Origin: Planctomycetota bacterium | GTDB lineage: Bacteria; Planctomycetota; PLA2; JAEUHO01 | Direction: 5' to 3' | NCBI GenBank assembly: GCA_050248855.1 | Contig: JBFWRP010000001.1 | Span: 64,001 to 128,000 of the forward strand | Length of the DNA: 64,000 bases | Notes under the pieces: model-generated | What the model saw: the letters and a program-made list of their open reading frames with translations, nothing else | What the model was told of the DNA's origin: nothing | Database searches by the model: none | Shown here: piece by piece, positions 47,749 to 57,900 of the stretch | Layout of the letters: each line of letters starts with the position of its first letter | How positions within the stretch are numbered: position 1 is the first letter of the stretch | Position numbers and translations under genes: made by a program

Positions 47749-48555
47749 ATGCACCCGGTCCTCGTCGACATCTCCGAGTCGATCAAGATCTACAGCTTCG
47801 GCACGTTCATCGTGCTCGCCTTCCTCGTGGCGTCGTGGTTCGCGCGTCGGCGCGCTTCCAAGCTGCTCGGCGTGGACAAGGAGCGCGTCTTCTCCGTCTG
47901 CTTCACGCTGCTCTTCATCGGGCTGCTCGGGGCGCGGATGGCCTACGTCTTCCTCAAGTACGAGGAGTTCGCCGCCCGACCGATGTCGTTCCTCGAGATC
48001 TGGAACGGCGGGCTCGTCTGGTACGGGGGGCTGATCGCCTGCTTGCTGTGGCTCTCGTGGTACCTGCCTCGCAGGCCCGAGCTCAAGGGCTTCGCCCTTC
48101 TCGACATCCTGGCGCTTGCGGCCTGCTTGGCCATCTTCGTGGGTCGCCAGGCAAGCTTCCTCAGCGGTGAGAACTACGGCAAGATTGCCCCCGGCCTCCC
48201 GTGGGCGGTCACCTTTCCCCCCGTCGCCTACACGCAGGTTCCCGGCAGCCACATCGGCCAGCCGCTCCACCCGACGCAGCTCTACCACGCGTTGCATGGC
48301 CTCGTGCTGTTCGGGCTGCTGCTCGTGGTCGCCAAGCGCAAGCCCGGCCCCGGTGCGCTCACCGGCCTGTTCCTCGTGCTGTACGCCGTCGGGCGCGCCG
48401 TGATCGAGATCTGGCGCGATGACGATGTCGCGCGCGGCATGGCGTTCGGCGGTCGCGTCAGCACGAGCCAGCTGATCTCGATCCCCATCTTCTTCCTCGG
48501 CCTCGCCCTGCTGCTGTCGCGCTGGCGCAAGCGTGCCTCCCGGCAGGAGGCCTGA
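47749..48555 (+). CDS. lgt: Prolipoprotein diacylglyceryl transferase
   Basis: GAR..YV, IWNGGLVWYGG, GR...FL.GE.YG, HPTQLY. Confidence 0.93.
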   Translation: MHPVLVDISESIKIYSFGTFIVLAFLVASWFARRRASKLLGVDKERVFSVCFTLLFIGLLGARMAYVFLKYEEFAARPMSFLEIWNGGLVWYGGLIACLLWLSWYLPRRPELKGFALLDILALAACLAIFVGRQASFLSGENYGKIAPGLPWAVTFPPVAYTQVPGSHIGQPLHPTQLYHALHGLVLFGLLLVVAKRKPGPGALTGLFLVLYAVGRAVIEIWRDDDVARGMAFGGRVSTSQLISIPIFFLGLALLLSRWRKRASRQEA

Positions 48556-48562
48556 TCCTCCG

Positions 48563-49063
48563 GTGGACGACGGGCGAGATCCTCGTCCCGCCAGCCAGGA
48601 CCCGGCCAACGGCCCGGCAGCTGCGCCGCCCATGTACCGCGGCCCCGACCGCCGCAAGCGGGCTACGCCCATGCTCTCGCGGTACTTGTTCCGCGGCCGC
48701 CGTCGCGCCGGCCGTCGCAAGGACGAACGCGACCTCATCTACGTCGATCGGCCTGGCGGCTGGATCCTTGGCGCGTTCATCGGCGTGGTCGGCCTCTCCC
48801 TGCTCGACGCGTGGTACACGCTGGACCTCCTGAAGAGCGGCGCGACCGAGGCGAACCCCGTCATGCGGGCCGCGCTGCACCTAGGCGATCAGCACTTCGT
48901 CCTCATCAAGACGGTGGTCACCATCGTGGCAACGTCGTTCCTGTGCCTGCACAAGAACTGGCCGCTCGGCCGCGTCTGCTTGGCCGCCGCGCTGCTCGGC
49001 TACAGCGCGCTCGTGCTCTACCACCTCCATGCCCAGGCCCTCGTCCGCGCCTTCGAGGGGTGA
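48563..49063 (+). CDS. DUF5658-like membrane protein; start uncertain
   Basis: LSLLDAWYTL.LL..GATEANPVM, F..IK. DRR/GRRR-rich N-terminus. Confidence 0.7.
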   Translation: MDDGRDPRPASQDPANGPAAAPPMYRGPDRRKRATPMLSRYLFRGRRRAGRRKDERDLIYVDRPGGWILGAFIGVVGLSLLDAWYTLDLLKSGATEANPVMRAALHLGDQHFVLIKTVVTIVATSFLCLHKNWPLGRVCLAAALLGYSALVLYHLHAQALVRAFEG

Positions 49064-49121
49064 TCGCACGCCACTGCCGATGCTCGCGGCCAGCGCTCCG
49101 TGGAACGCGCCGCCTGGCGTC

Positions 49122-50792
49122 TCAACGCCAGCTGGAGGGCGTGCAACGCGCGTAACGGGGTGCCGTCAGACGCAAGCGCTCCGACAGGCTGCCCGCCGCA
49201 CGCCAGAGCTCGGCCTCGGCGACGCGCGTGTCGATCTGGGCCCGGGCCAGCCGGGTCTGGGCCTCGGTCAGGAGCTCTTCCTGCTCGAGGACGCGGTACG
49301 GGGTGGACTTGCTCTCCGCGAGGCGCTGGCGCTCGCCGTCCAGTGACTCCCGGGCGGCCGCCACCTCGGCCTCGGCGGCGCGCCGCACGGCACTGGCCGT
49401 GCCCATCGCGCGGTGGGCGCGGCGCACGTCCTGCACGATCTGGTTCTCGAGCTGGCGCATCCTGAGCTGCGTCTGTTCGCGCGACCAGCCGGCCGCACGG
49501 AAGCGGGCCTTGGCGGCGCGCTGGCCCACGTACAGCGAGACCTCGAGGCCCAAGCCCATGGAGAGCACCTCGCCGCCGGCGGCGTCCTTCACGCTGTCGA
49601 ACCATCCCTCGCGAAAGCCGACCGTGCTGGCCGAGCCGACGAGGTCCACCGTCGGACGGAGCGCGTCGCGGGCTTCGAGCACCTCCACGCCGCGCGTGGC
49701 CAGCTCCGCTTGCAGCGCACGCAGCTCCGGCCGCGCCCCGAGAGCGAGGGCGACGGCCCGGGCCACGGGTAGCTGGTCGCCCGCCTGCAGCAGCGTGGCG
49801 GCGTCCGGATCGTCGACCGCCACGATGCGCGGCGCCGCCGTGGCATCCCGGAAGGGCCGAACCAGGGCCAGCAGGGCATCCGATGCATCGTCGAGGCTGC
49901 GCTCCGCCAAGAGCCGCTCGCTGCGGCGACGCTCCAGCCCCGCACGCGCCTCGGCGGCGTCCAGCGGCGTGGCCACCTCGGCTTGGATGCGGGCTTGGAT
50001 GTCGTCGAGGAGCTCGGCGGCCACCGCCTCCGAGGCCACTCGCGCGGCCATGTCGCGCTGGGCGAACGCAAGCTCCCAGTAGGCGCGAAGGACGGCGAGG
50101 ACGAGATCCTCGACGGCCGCGTCCTCGCCCGCGCGCGCGGCCGCCATGCCGTTGTGCGCCTTGAGGATCTCGCTCCGCGCGATGGAGCCGCCGCCTTGGC
50201 CCAGCGGCACGCGGAAGTCCACCGAGACACCATGCCGCCACGCCGGGTCGACCGTGGACAGCGGGCGTGTGGTGTCGATGCGGTCCGCGCGATAGAGGAG
50301 GGAGATCTCGCCCCCCGTCGGGAGGCGTCGGCGGACACCGCCGTAGGCGGACCAGGTCGTGGTCCGGATCGCACCGCTGCCGAAGAAGGTCGAGGTGCTC
50401 GGTTCCTCGTCGCGACGCAGCTCGACGCCCGCCGTGAGCAGCCGATCGAAGCCGGCCTCGGCCTGCAGGCGCTGCTGGGCGGCAATCGGCGTGTCGAGGC
50501 GACGCTCGGCCAGCCCCAGGTCCGAGAGCAGGGCCTGCTCCAGGGCCTCGCGCAGCGTGAGCGGAAGCTCGTCGGCTGCGACCGACCCGGCCAGCGGGTC
50601 CGCGTCCGCCAGCGGGTCCGCGTCCGCCGGCGGGGCCACGTCCTGCCCGGCACCACCCTCCGCGCCGGTGGCCTCGCCGGCAACGCCTGCCGGCGGCGGC
50701 CCGTTCGGAGCCTGCGCCTCGTCCGCGACCGCGTCGGCAGCGAACAGGAGCGCCAGCACCGCGGCGGCAAGAAGCGGTCGGATGCCAGGCAT
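49122..50792 (-). CDS. TolC family outer membrane protein
   Basis: Signal peptide, LTLREALEQAL, AYWEL, RPEL, QDVRRA. Confidence 0.88.
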   Translation of the reverse strand: MPGIRPLLAAAVLALLFAADAVADEAQAPNGPPPAGVAGEATGAEGGAGQDVAPPADADPLADADPLAGSVAADELPLTLREALEQALLSDLGLAERRLDTPIAAQQRLQAEAGFDRLLTAGVELRRDEEPSTSTFFGSGAIRTTTWSAYGGVRRRLPTGGEISLLYRADRIDTTRPLSTVDPAWRHGVSVDFRVPLGQGGGSIARSEILKAHNGMAAARAGEDAAVEDLVLAVLRAYWELAFAQRDMAARVASEAVAAELLDDIQARIQAEVATPLDAAEARAGLERRRSERLLAERSLDDASDALLALVRPFRDATAAPRIVAVDDPDAATLLQAGDQLPVARAVALALGARPELRALQAELATRGVEVLEARDALRPTVDLVGSASTVGFREGWFDSVKDAAGGEVLSMGLGLEVSLYVGQRAAKARFRAAGWSREQTQLRMRQLENQIVQDVRRAHRAMGTASAVRRAAEAEVAAARESLDGERQRLAESKSTPYRVLEQEELLTEAQTRLARAQIDTRVAEAELWRAAGSLSERLRLTAPRYARCTPSSWR

Positions 50793-50915
50793 GGGCCCTC
50801 CCGTGGGGCAGTCGGACGTCGGGCCCCTCTCGAACCCGGCTCCTACCCGGTTGCGGATCGTACGCCGGGGCGCGAGGCCGCGGCAGGAACCTCCCCCGCG
50901 CCGGTACCTGCCTGT

Positions 50916-52217
50916 CTACCGGCCGTCCGCTTGGACGAAGAGCTCCGAGAGCAGGTGGTCGAGCCAGGCCAGCCGCTCGCCGTCCTCGCCCCGCGCCAGG
51001 CAGGCCGAACGCTCCCGCCGCAGCCAGCCGAGCGCATCGGCTGTCCGCACGCGCGCAAGCGCCAGCGTCGCCGCGTACCACAGGTCGGACCGTTCCAGAC
51101 GCGCCGCCAACCAGGGCACGTCCTCGCCGCGGCGGGAGAGCCCCACGCCGCGCACGAGCGCCTCGAGCACGGGCAGGCTCTCCTCCCGGGCGTAGAAGGC
51201 CTGCCACTCCGCCGCGTCGGCGGGTGCCGCACGGGGCCCGAGCGTGCGCAGCCACGCCAGGCGGGCCTCGGGGCCCGCCGACCACCACCCCCAGCGCAAG
51301 TCGTCCCAGGCCGCACGTCGCCCTTCGCCACGTGCCTCGGCATGGCGCGCGGCCAAGAGGCGGGCCTGGGCGGCAGGGTCCTCCGCCCGCTCGAAGGCGG
51401 CCCTCCAGCGGTCCGAGGCGGTCCACGGCCCGCGCGGCGCGGGCGGGGGTGGGCTGGCACCCAGGTCGGCCAGCGCACGCGCCAGGTACTCGCGCTGGGG
51501 GCGACTCGTGGGGCCGGCCGCCACGCGGCGCAGCTCGAGCCGGGCTCGTTCGTCGAGGAGACGTGGGTGGTGGCGCGCGATCCACGCCATCTCGCGCGCC
51601 GCGTTCTCGCGCGTCCAGTGCCGCTCGTCGGCGAAGGCCCGGAACAGGCTTGCGAGCGTGGCGCGTACGCGCTCTGCGGGATCCTCGATGGCCAGCTGCA
51701 CCTGGAGCCGCGACAGCGCCTCGACCTTCTGCTCGCCCTCGAGGCCGTCGGCGGAGAACAGGGCCAGCACCTCGTAGGCCCGGCCGCTCGCGGAGGCGGA
51801 AAGGAAGAGCGCGTGCCGGCCCCGGTCGGCGGGCGCCAGCATGGGAGCCGACGGAGCGCGCGGGTCCAGCGTGGGCTCGGGACCCGGCACCCACGCCACG
51901 ATCGTGTCGCCAGCCGTGAGACCGGACTGGCCCGGCGGCGGCTCGGGACGCTTGAGCACGCGCTCGACATCGGCGCGCAGCAGCATCGGCCCCAGCGGGG
52001 CCCGACGGTCCTGGCGGATGTCGCGCACGCTCACGACCACCACGACCGCGGCCGTGGACCAGGGCCCGGTCTCGGCCTCCAGCAGCGGCGGCCGGAAGGC
52101 CTCCGCCGCATCCGCGTCCGGCACCGCCACGATGCTCGCGACGAGCAGCGCGGCGAGGAACGAGATGCGGCGCACGGCGCGCTGCCGCAGCGGCTCCTGG
52201 AGCTCCGGACGACCCAT
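50916..52217 (-). CDS. Exported hypothetical protein with HEAT-like helical repeats
   Basis: Signal-like FLAALLVASIVAVPDADA; helical repeat composition. Confidence 0.65.
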   Translation of the reverse strand: MGRPELQEPLRQRAVRRISFLAALLVASIVAVPDADAAEAFRPPLLEAETGPWSTAAVVVVVSVRDIRQDRRAPLGPMLLRADVERVLKRPEPPPGQSGLTAGDTIVAWVPGPEPTLDPRAPSAPMLAPADRGRHALFLSASASGRAYEVLALFSADGLEGEQKVEALSRLQVQLAIEDPAERVRATLASLFRAFADERHWTRENAAREMAWIARHHPRLLDERARLELRRVAAGPTSRPQREYLARALADLGASPPPPAPRGPWTASDRWRAAFERAEDPAAQARLLAARHAEARGEGRRAAWDDLRWGWWSAGPEARLAWLRTLGPRAAPADAAEWQAFYAREESLPVLEALVRGVGLSRRGEDVPWLAARLERSDLWYAATLALARVRTADALGWLRRERSACLARGEDGERLAWLDHLLSELFVQADGR

Positions 52218-52265
52218 GGACCGAGGGTCGCTGCGCTACGTCACCGACCGACCATCGGCACGCGC

Positions 52266-52481
52266 CTAGCCTTGCATGCGCAGCGCGCGGTACGTCCGGA
52301 CCGAGACCGGCCGGCCCCGCTGCGGGCGGAGGTCACCGAGGTGCTCCTCGCGGACCTTGGCGGCATGCACGTCGCGGTAGCGACGGCACTCCGACTCGGT
52401 GCCGACGAACAGCTCCTGGCCGTTCTGCCACACCCCGTAGTAGCGCTTGCCATCGGCGAGACACTTGAAGACGAATTCCAT
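52266..52481 (-). CDS. Small hypothetical protein (71 aa)
   Basis: MEFVFKCLADGKRYYGVWQNGQELFVGTESECRRY...; GGAG RBS; coding-like composition. Confidence 0.65.
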   Translation of the reverse strand: MEFVFKCLADGKRYYGVWQNGQELFVGTESECRRYRDVHAAKVREEHLGDLRPQRGRPVSVRTYRALRMQG

Positions 52482-52747
52482 GGCGCGGGACTCCGGGCCG
52501 CGGGGGCCCTGGCGGTGGGAGGAGGAGGGGTGCGCGGGGCACCGCGCGCCGCTCGCGGCTCCCCCGAACCGCGCAAGCGACGTCCGGCCCGCCGCGCTCT
52601 CCATCGATCGTGATCGGCCGTCCACCGCGCGCGCATGAGCCCCAAGCCGCAAGAAGCGCGCAGCCGCTGGCAACCCGGTGGCGAAGTGCCCCGGGGAAGC
52701 GCTCGGGGCGCCGGCCTGCCTGGGCAGGCCGCGCCAGCAGGCACCTG

Positions 52748-52777
52748 GAGGCTGAGCCTGCAGTCCTGCTCAGCCTC
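52748..52777 (-). terminator. Hairpin immediately after the stop codon
   Basis: GAGGCTGAGC-N10-GCTCAGCCTC perfect 10-bp stem; no U tract. Confidence 0.4.
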
Positions 52778-54166
52778 TCAGTAGGTGCGGTAGGCGGCCT
52801 GCCAGGCCAGCACGTCGAGGATGCGCGCCAGTGGCTGATCGGGGACGGCCACGGCCTGCGGCTGGGGCGGTGCCTGCGTGCCGTTCCCGGCGAGACGGCG
52901 CCATACACCCGCCGTGATGCCCTCGAGCGCGGCCAAGCCCGTGCTCGCAGCCGGCGTGGGGCTGGCCACCCCCGCCGCCCAGCTCGGGAAGCCCACCTCA
53001 CCGGCGCGCAGCGGCCGGATGCCGGCGCGCGCCGCGGCGTCGGCCGCCCACACGCGCCAGGGGCTGGTCGCGTCGGCGGCGGCCGGCACCGCATCCAGCA
53101 AGGCGCGGATCTCCGCCGTGCGACGACGGACCTCCCCGACACCGAGCTGACCGTAGGCCAGCATGTAGTCCTCGGCGAGGGCCAACGCGGCCGGGGCAAG
53201 CGCGTCGCGCGGTGCCTCCTGCCGCACGTGGAGGCCGTTGCGGTCCGAGGCGAGCAGCGTGCGCCGGACGTGGTCCGCGGCGCGCGCCAGCCAAGCCGCG
53301 TCCGCGGCGTCGGCGCCGGCAGCGAGCGAGTGCCGCCCCTCGGCGAGGAACGGCAGCATGCCGAGCGCCGTCACGGCAGGGCTGCTCAGGGCCGCGGCGG
53401 CGTCGGCCGGCAGCGCCCCGTCTTCGTCCTGGTTCACGCGGAGCCAGGCCAGCGTCCGCTGGACGCGGCGGGCCGTGGCCGCGCCGTCCCAGCCAAGCCT
53501 CTCGAGGCGCGCCTGCCGCAGGCCATCGAGGCGACGCACGAGCATCGGGATGGCCACCGCGGGCGGGTGCTCGGCGACCGCCGTACGCGCGCGCGGACCG
53601 ATCACCTGCAACACGGCGGCGAGGTCCTCGTCGTGCGCGCCCCCGCGGTCGTCGTCGCGTCGCGCGATGCCCAGGCCGCCTCCCGTGATCGAGGAGGGCA
53701 CTTCGGCGAGCCCTTCGGGCGTCGCAGCCCGGTCGCTCAACCACTCCGCGACCTCGAGCATCTCGAGCGCCGGAACCTCGCCGTCGCTCTCCGCCTCGAT
53801 GCGCGCGGTCAGCGGCGCCTCGCGCTCCGCCGCTCCACGTCCCCCACCGTGTCCGGCCCACGCCGCGAGGAGAACGAGCGCCGCGGCGTGTGCGACCACC
53901 GACGCAGCCAGGAGCCGCGGCAAGAGGCGCCAGCGGCGTCCCGCGCGCCGACCCTCGACCCGGCCGCCACCCCGGGCGGGCGTGCGCTCTTCGGCCTCGA
54001 CGTGGAGCCGCACGCTCCGCGCCACGGCGAACGCGTCGGCCTGGGCTTGGGCGAGCAAGGGAGCCAAGCGCGCCTCGTCCGCAGCACGCAGACGCTCGGC
54101 GTAGCGCTCGAGCTCGCGCTCGTCGGCGTCCGGGGCGGGCAGGTTGGGGTCGGCGGGTCGGCTCAC
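52778..54166 (-). CDS. Putative anti-sigma factor with single TM and prenyltransferase/squalene-cyclase-like repeat
   Basis: Directly downstream of the ECF sigma. TM LLAASVVAHAAALVLL; AWLRVNQDEDG..VTALGMLPFL motif. Confidence 0.6.
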   Translation of the reverse strand: MSRPADPNLPAPDADERELERYAERLRAADEARLAPLLAQAQADAFAVARSVRLHVEAEERTPARGGGRVEGRRAGRRWRLLPRLLAASVVAHAAALVLLAAWAGHGGGRGAAEREAPLTARIEAESDGEVPALEMLEVAEWLSDRAATPEGLAEVPSSITGGGLGIARRDDDRGGAHDEDLAAVLQVIGPRARTAVAEHPPAVAIPMLVRRLDGLRQARLERLGWDGAATARRVQRTLAWLRVNQDEDGALPADAAAALSSPAVTALGMLPFLAEGRHSLAAGADAADAAWLARAADHVRRTLLASDRNGLHVRQEAPRDALAPAALALAEDYMLAYGQLGVGEVRRRTAEIRALLDAVPAAADATSPWRVWAADAAARAGIRPLRAGEVGFPSWAAGVASPTPAASTGLAALEGITAGVWRRLAGNGTQAPPQPQAVAVPDQPLARILDVLAWQAAYRTY

Positions 54167-54275
54167 GGGTCCCGGGTTCGTACCTCGGCGGGTGGGAGGG
54201 TCACGGGAGCCGGCCGCGGGACGGTGGGTCCGCCCGGCCGGGCTCTCTCCGTGCCCTTGGAACGGGACACGGGGC

Positions 54276-54860
54276 TCATGGTTCGAACCCCCGCGCCGAA
54301 AGCCAGGCCCGCAGGCGTCGGACGGCCGCGTGGACCCGCGACTTCACGGTGCCGACGGGGATCTCGAGGATCTCCCCGATCTCCTGGTAGCGCAGCCCCT
54401 CGACCTGGGACAGGGTCCAGACCTCCAGCAGGTCGGGCGGCAGGCTCGCGAGGGCCTCCTCCAAGGCCCGGCCAAGCTCCCCGCCGGCCAGGCTCTCCGG
54501 CGGAGGCGCCTCCGTCCCGGGCAGGCGCGAGGCCAGGGTGCTGCCCTCCTCGGCGTCGCCGCGCAGGTCCGCGGAGATCGTGTTCGGCTGGATGCCCTCG
54601 TGGCGCAACCGGTCGATCCAGTGGTTGCGCGCGATGCGGAAGGCGTACGTCGTGAAACGGGCCTTCGCGACGTAGCTGCGCCGCGCCCGGTAGACCTTGA
54701 CCAGGACCTCCTGCGCACCGTCCTCGGCCTCGTCCGGGCGTGCTCCCAAGCGGCGGAAGTAGCCGACGAGACGCGGGTAGACCAGCTCGACGAGCGGCGC
54801 GAACGCAGCTCGGTCGCCGGCGGCGACGCGGAGCATCAGCTCGGTCAGGGGGTCCTGCAC
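54276..54860 (-). CDS. ECF RNA polymerase sigma factor
   Basis: GDRAAF..L, AED..QE, FTTYAFRIARNHWID, EGLRYQEIGEILEIPVGTVKSRVH. Confidence 0.93.
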   Translation of the reverse strand: MQDPLTELMLRVAAGDRAAFAPLVELVYPRLVGYFRRLGARPDEAEDGAQEVLVKVYRARRSYVAKARFTTYAFRIARNHWIDRLRHEGIQPNTISADLRGDAEEGSTLASRLPGTEAPPPESLAGGELGRALEEALASLPPDLLEVWTLSQVEGLRYQEIGEILEIPVGTVKSRVHAAVRRLRAWLSARGFEP

Positions 54861-54927
54861 GCTCGGGAGGATACGGAGGCCGTAGATGCGACGGCCGGAA
54901 TCGTCGCTGGGGAGCTGGCGTGCAGGA

Positions 54928-54957
54928 GACTCGCGTCGACTCGCGTCGACTCGCGTC
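54928..54957. repeat. 10-bp tandem repeat x3 (GACTCGCGTC)
   Basis: Read directly. Confidence 0.9.
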
Positions 54958-57900
54958 AACGGGGAGCGGTCAGGTCGAACGGCACGACCAGGGGCTCGCC
55001 TTCCCCCACCTCGACCTCCATGCGGGAAGGTGCTTCGCGGGGCGCCGGAACGACTTCCACCGCGTAGGTCCCCGGCGCGAGGTCCGGGACGGCGACGATG
55101 CCGCTGCCTTCCTCGAGCTCGTCTTCACCGGGCCGCTGACGGCGCGGTCGCTCGCCCTCGGCCAGCACCGCCCCGTCGGCCAGCCGGACGACGGCAACGC
55201 GCACGGCCGCTACGGCCGCATCGCTTGGGCCCGTGACGAGCACGTGCAGCGCACCGGGTGCGACGAGCTCGATCTCGACCTCCGAGACCAGCCCCTCGCG
55301 CACCTGGACCGCGCGCGCCGGCGGGGAGCCCAAGCCCCGGCGAGCGACGAGCACGTACCACGTGCCTTCCGGCACGCCGCGTACCTCGACGCGTCCGAAG
55401 GCCGCCGTACGTCGCGGCCACGCAAGCAGTGCGCGTCCGGCGGCATCCACGATCTGCACCTGCGCGTAGGACACGCCCTGGCCCCACTCGTCGACGGCCG
55501 TGACGAGCACGCTGCCGCCGCGGCCCAGGGTGATCACCGTCTCGCGCTCGCCGCTCGGCGGGTCGGGCCGTACCCCGTAGGCGCGCCCTGGCGGCATGCC
55601 GATCGCGGTGGCGCGAACGTCCACGTCTTCCAGCGCGAGACCCACGAGTCGGAAGCGGCCACGCGCGTCCGTCTTCCCTTGGGCCAGCGCAGGCACGCGA
55701 TCGGGCGTGCCCGGTCGACGTGCCTCGACCCACGCGCCCGTCACGGGTCGGCCGTCGAGATCCTGCACGCGGCCCACGATGCGACCATCGTGCACCTCGA
55801 TGTCCACGACCTCCTCGTCGTGTTCCTCGAGGAGGAAGCGGCGCACGATGCGTGTCGCATCGACGGCGACCTCGAGGCGCGCACGACCCACGGCCACGCC
55901 CTCGAACCGGAACCGCCCATACGGGTCGGACGTGGCATGCCACGCACCGGGCGCCTCCTCGGCCTCCGACTCCTCGGCGCGTACCTCCAGGAGGACGCGC
56001 GCTCCCGCGACGGGCCGACCCGCGCGCACGATCTCGCCGCGGACGGCGGCCGTGCCCGCCGGGCCCAGCTCGACCTCGGTCTCCTCGTCGTGGCGCAGGG
56101 TCACCGTGACGGCTTGACGACCCTCTCCGCCCAGGCCCCGGGCGACTTCGACGATCCACGAGCCCGGCGCGAGATGCTCGACGCGAAAGCGACCGTCCGG
56201 CCCGGTGCGAACCCGCCGTGCCGAGGCGGTGCCCTCGAGCGGACGCACGATCACCAAGGAACCGTCCGAGCCGAGTCCCGATGCGTCGAGCACGGTGCCG
56301 AGGAGCGTCCCACCGGCTTCGACGACCCAGTCGTCCAGCACGCGTCGCTCGCCTTCCTCCAGCACCACGACGCGGTCGGTGGACGCCCGGCGCGGGTCAT
56401 CGACGACGATGCGCCAGCGCCCGGCAGCCAGGCTGTCGAAGGCGACGTCGCCCGCGTCGTCCGCAAGCACGACGTGGATGTCCGACGCGGCCGGGCGGCG
56501 CGGCAGGTCCCGCAACGCGTCCCCCTCCTCGCCCTCGTCGGCCCAGGCCAGCACACGCAGGCCCGGCACGCCGACACCGGCCCCGTCGACGGCCCGGAAC
56601 GCGAGCGACGCCTCGCCCGGCACATGCAGGCGTACGTCCTGCACGTCGTCCTCGCGCACCACGACGATCTCCGGCGGGGAGGTACGACCGCCTTGCCGCG
56701 CGCGCAAGGCGTACACGCCGGAAGGCAGGCCGCCGACGCGGAACTCGGCTTCGACGACACGCGGCTCGAGGCGCAGACGCAGGACCGTGCGCCACGCCGG
56801 CGCCTGGACGTCGTCGTCGTCCGCCGGCACGGGCTGCGCGACCAACAGCTCGGTCGTGCCGCCGCGGCGCTCGAGGCCCGACACGCTGCCGGCGACGGCG
56901 GCGCGCGGCGCCAGGGCGATCTCCACTTCGTCTTCGGCACCGGGCACGACGCCGTCGAGCACGGCCAAGGGCAGTCCGGCGCCGCCCTCGTCCTCGTGGA
57001 CTTCCAGGCGGTGCGTGACCCCGCGCAGCCCCGGGAAGCGGAAGCGACCATCGGCTCCCGTGCGCAGCCCCAGGTAGGCCGACGCGTCGTCGGCCGGGCG
57101 CGCGATCACGACCCACGGACCGCGGCGCGGATCGCGCGGGTCCGCCGTGAGGACGCGACCGGCCAAGGGCTCCGCGGGCACCAGGTCGATCTTGACCGGC
57201 CGGCCGCTCTTGACCGTGGCGGCGTCGACCACGACACGGGCCGGTCGCCAGCCCGCCGCGCGGGCCACCACGACCAAGTCGACGAGGGGGACGGCCGCGA
57301 AGCGCGCCTCGCCGTCGGCATCGGCCACGGCGTGGGCCCGCAGGCCCTCCAGCGCGTCGTCGCCGAACGCCTGACGGCGGTCCCGCGGCGCGACCTCCAT
57401 CTCGATACCGGGCGGAGCCCGACCATCGGGCCCCGTTGCGCGCACGCGGAGCGACGTGCTGCGATCGAGCTCGATGTCGCCCAGGTCGTCGTTGGTGTCG
57501 TTGGAGCGATCCTCGACCGGACCCAGCCAGGGCGGGGCCGTCGGTGCCATGACCAGCACGCGGAAGGGGCGATCCGGGCGCACGCCGGCAAGCACGAAGC
57601 GCCCGTCCTCCCCGCTGGTCGCACGTGCACGCAGCGGATCGTCCGGCGCCGGGTCGGCGCCCGCGTCCACGACTTCGATGCGCGCGTTGGCGACGGGCTT
57701 CCCCGCGGCATCCAGCACGCGTCCCCGATACGTACGTCGGGGCACGACGACCCACGTCGCACTCACGACGCGGCCGGGGCGGTCGACGACGATGCGCGGC
57801 GGCGGACCGGACCAGATCCAACGCTCGTCGTCCAGACGTACGTCGTACGCGCCTTCCTCCAAGCGGGACACCAGCACGCGGCCTTCGTCGTCGGAAAGGC

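Noticed and set aside
50589..50628. 18-bp in-frame duplication (ADADPL x2) in the TolC N-terminus; similar GDERGE duplication at 6784-6837
   Set aside because: Ordinary slippage in low-complexity termini.
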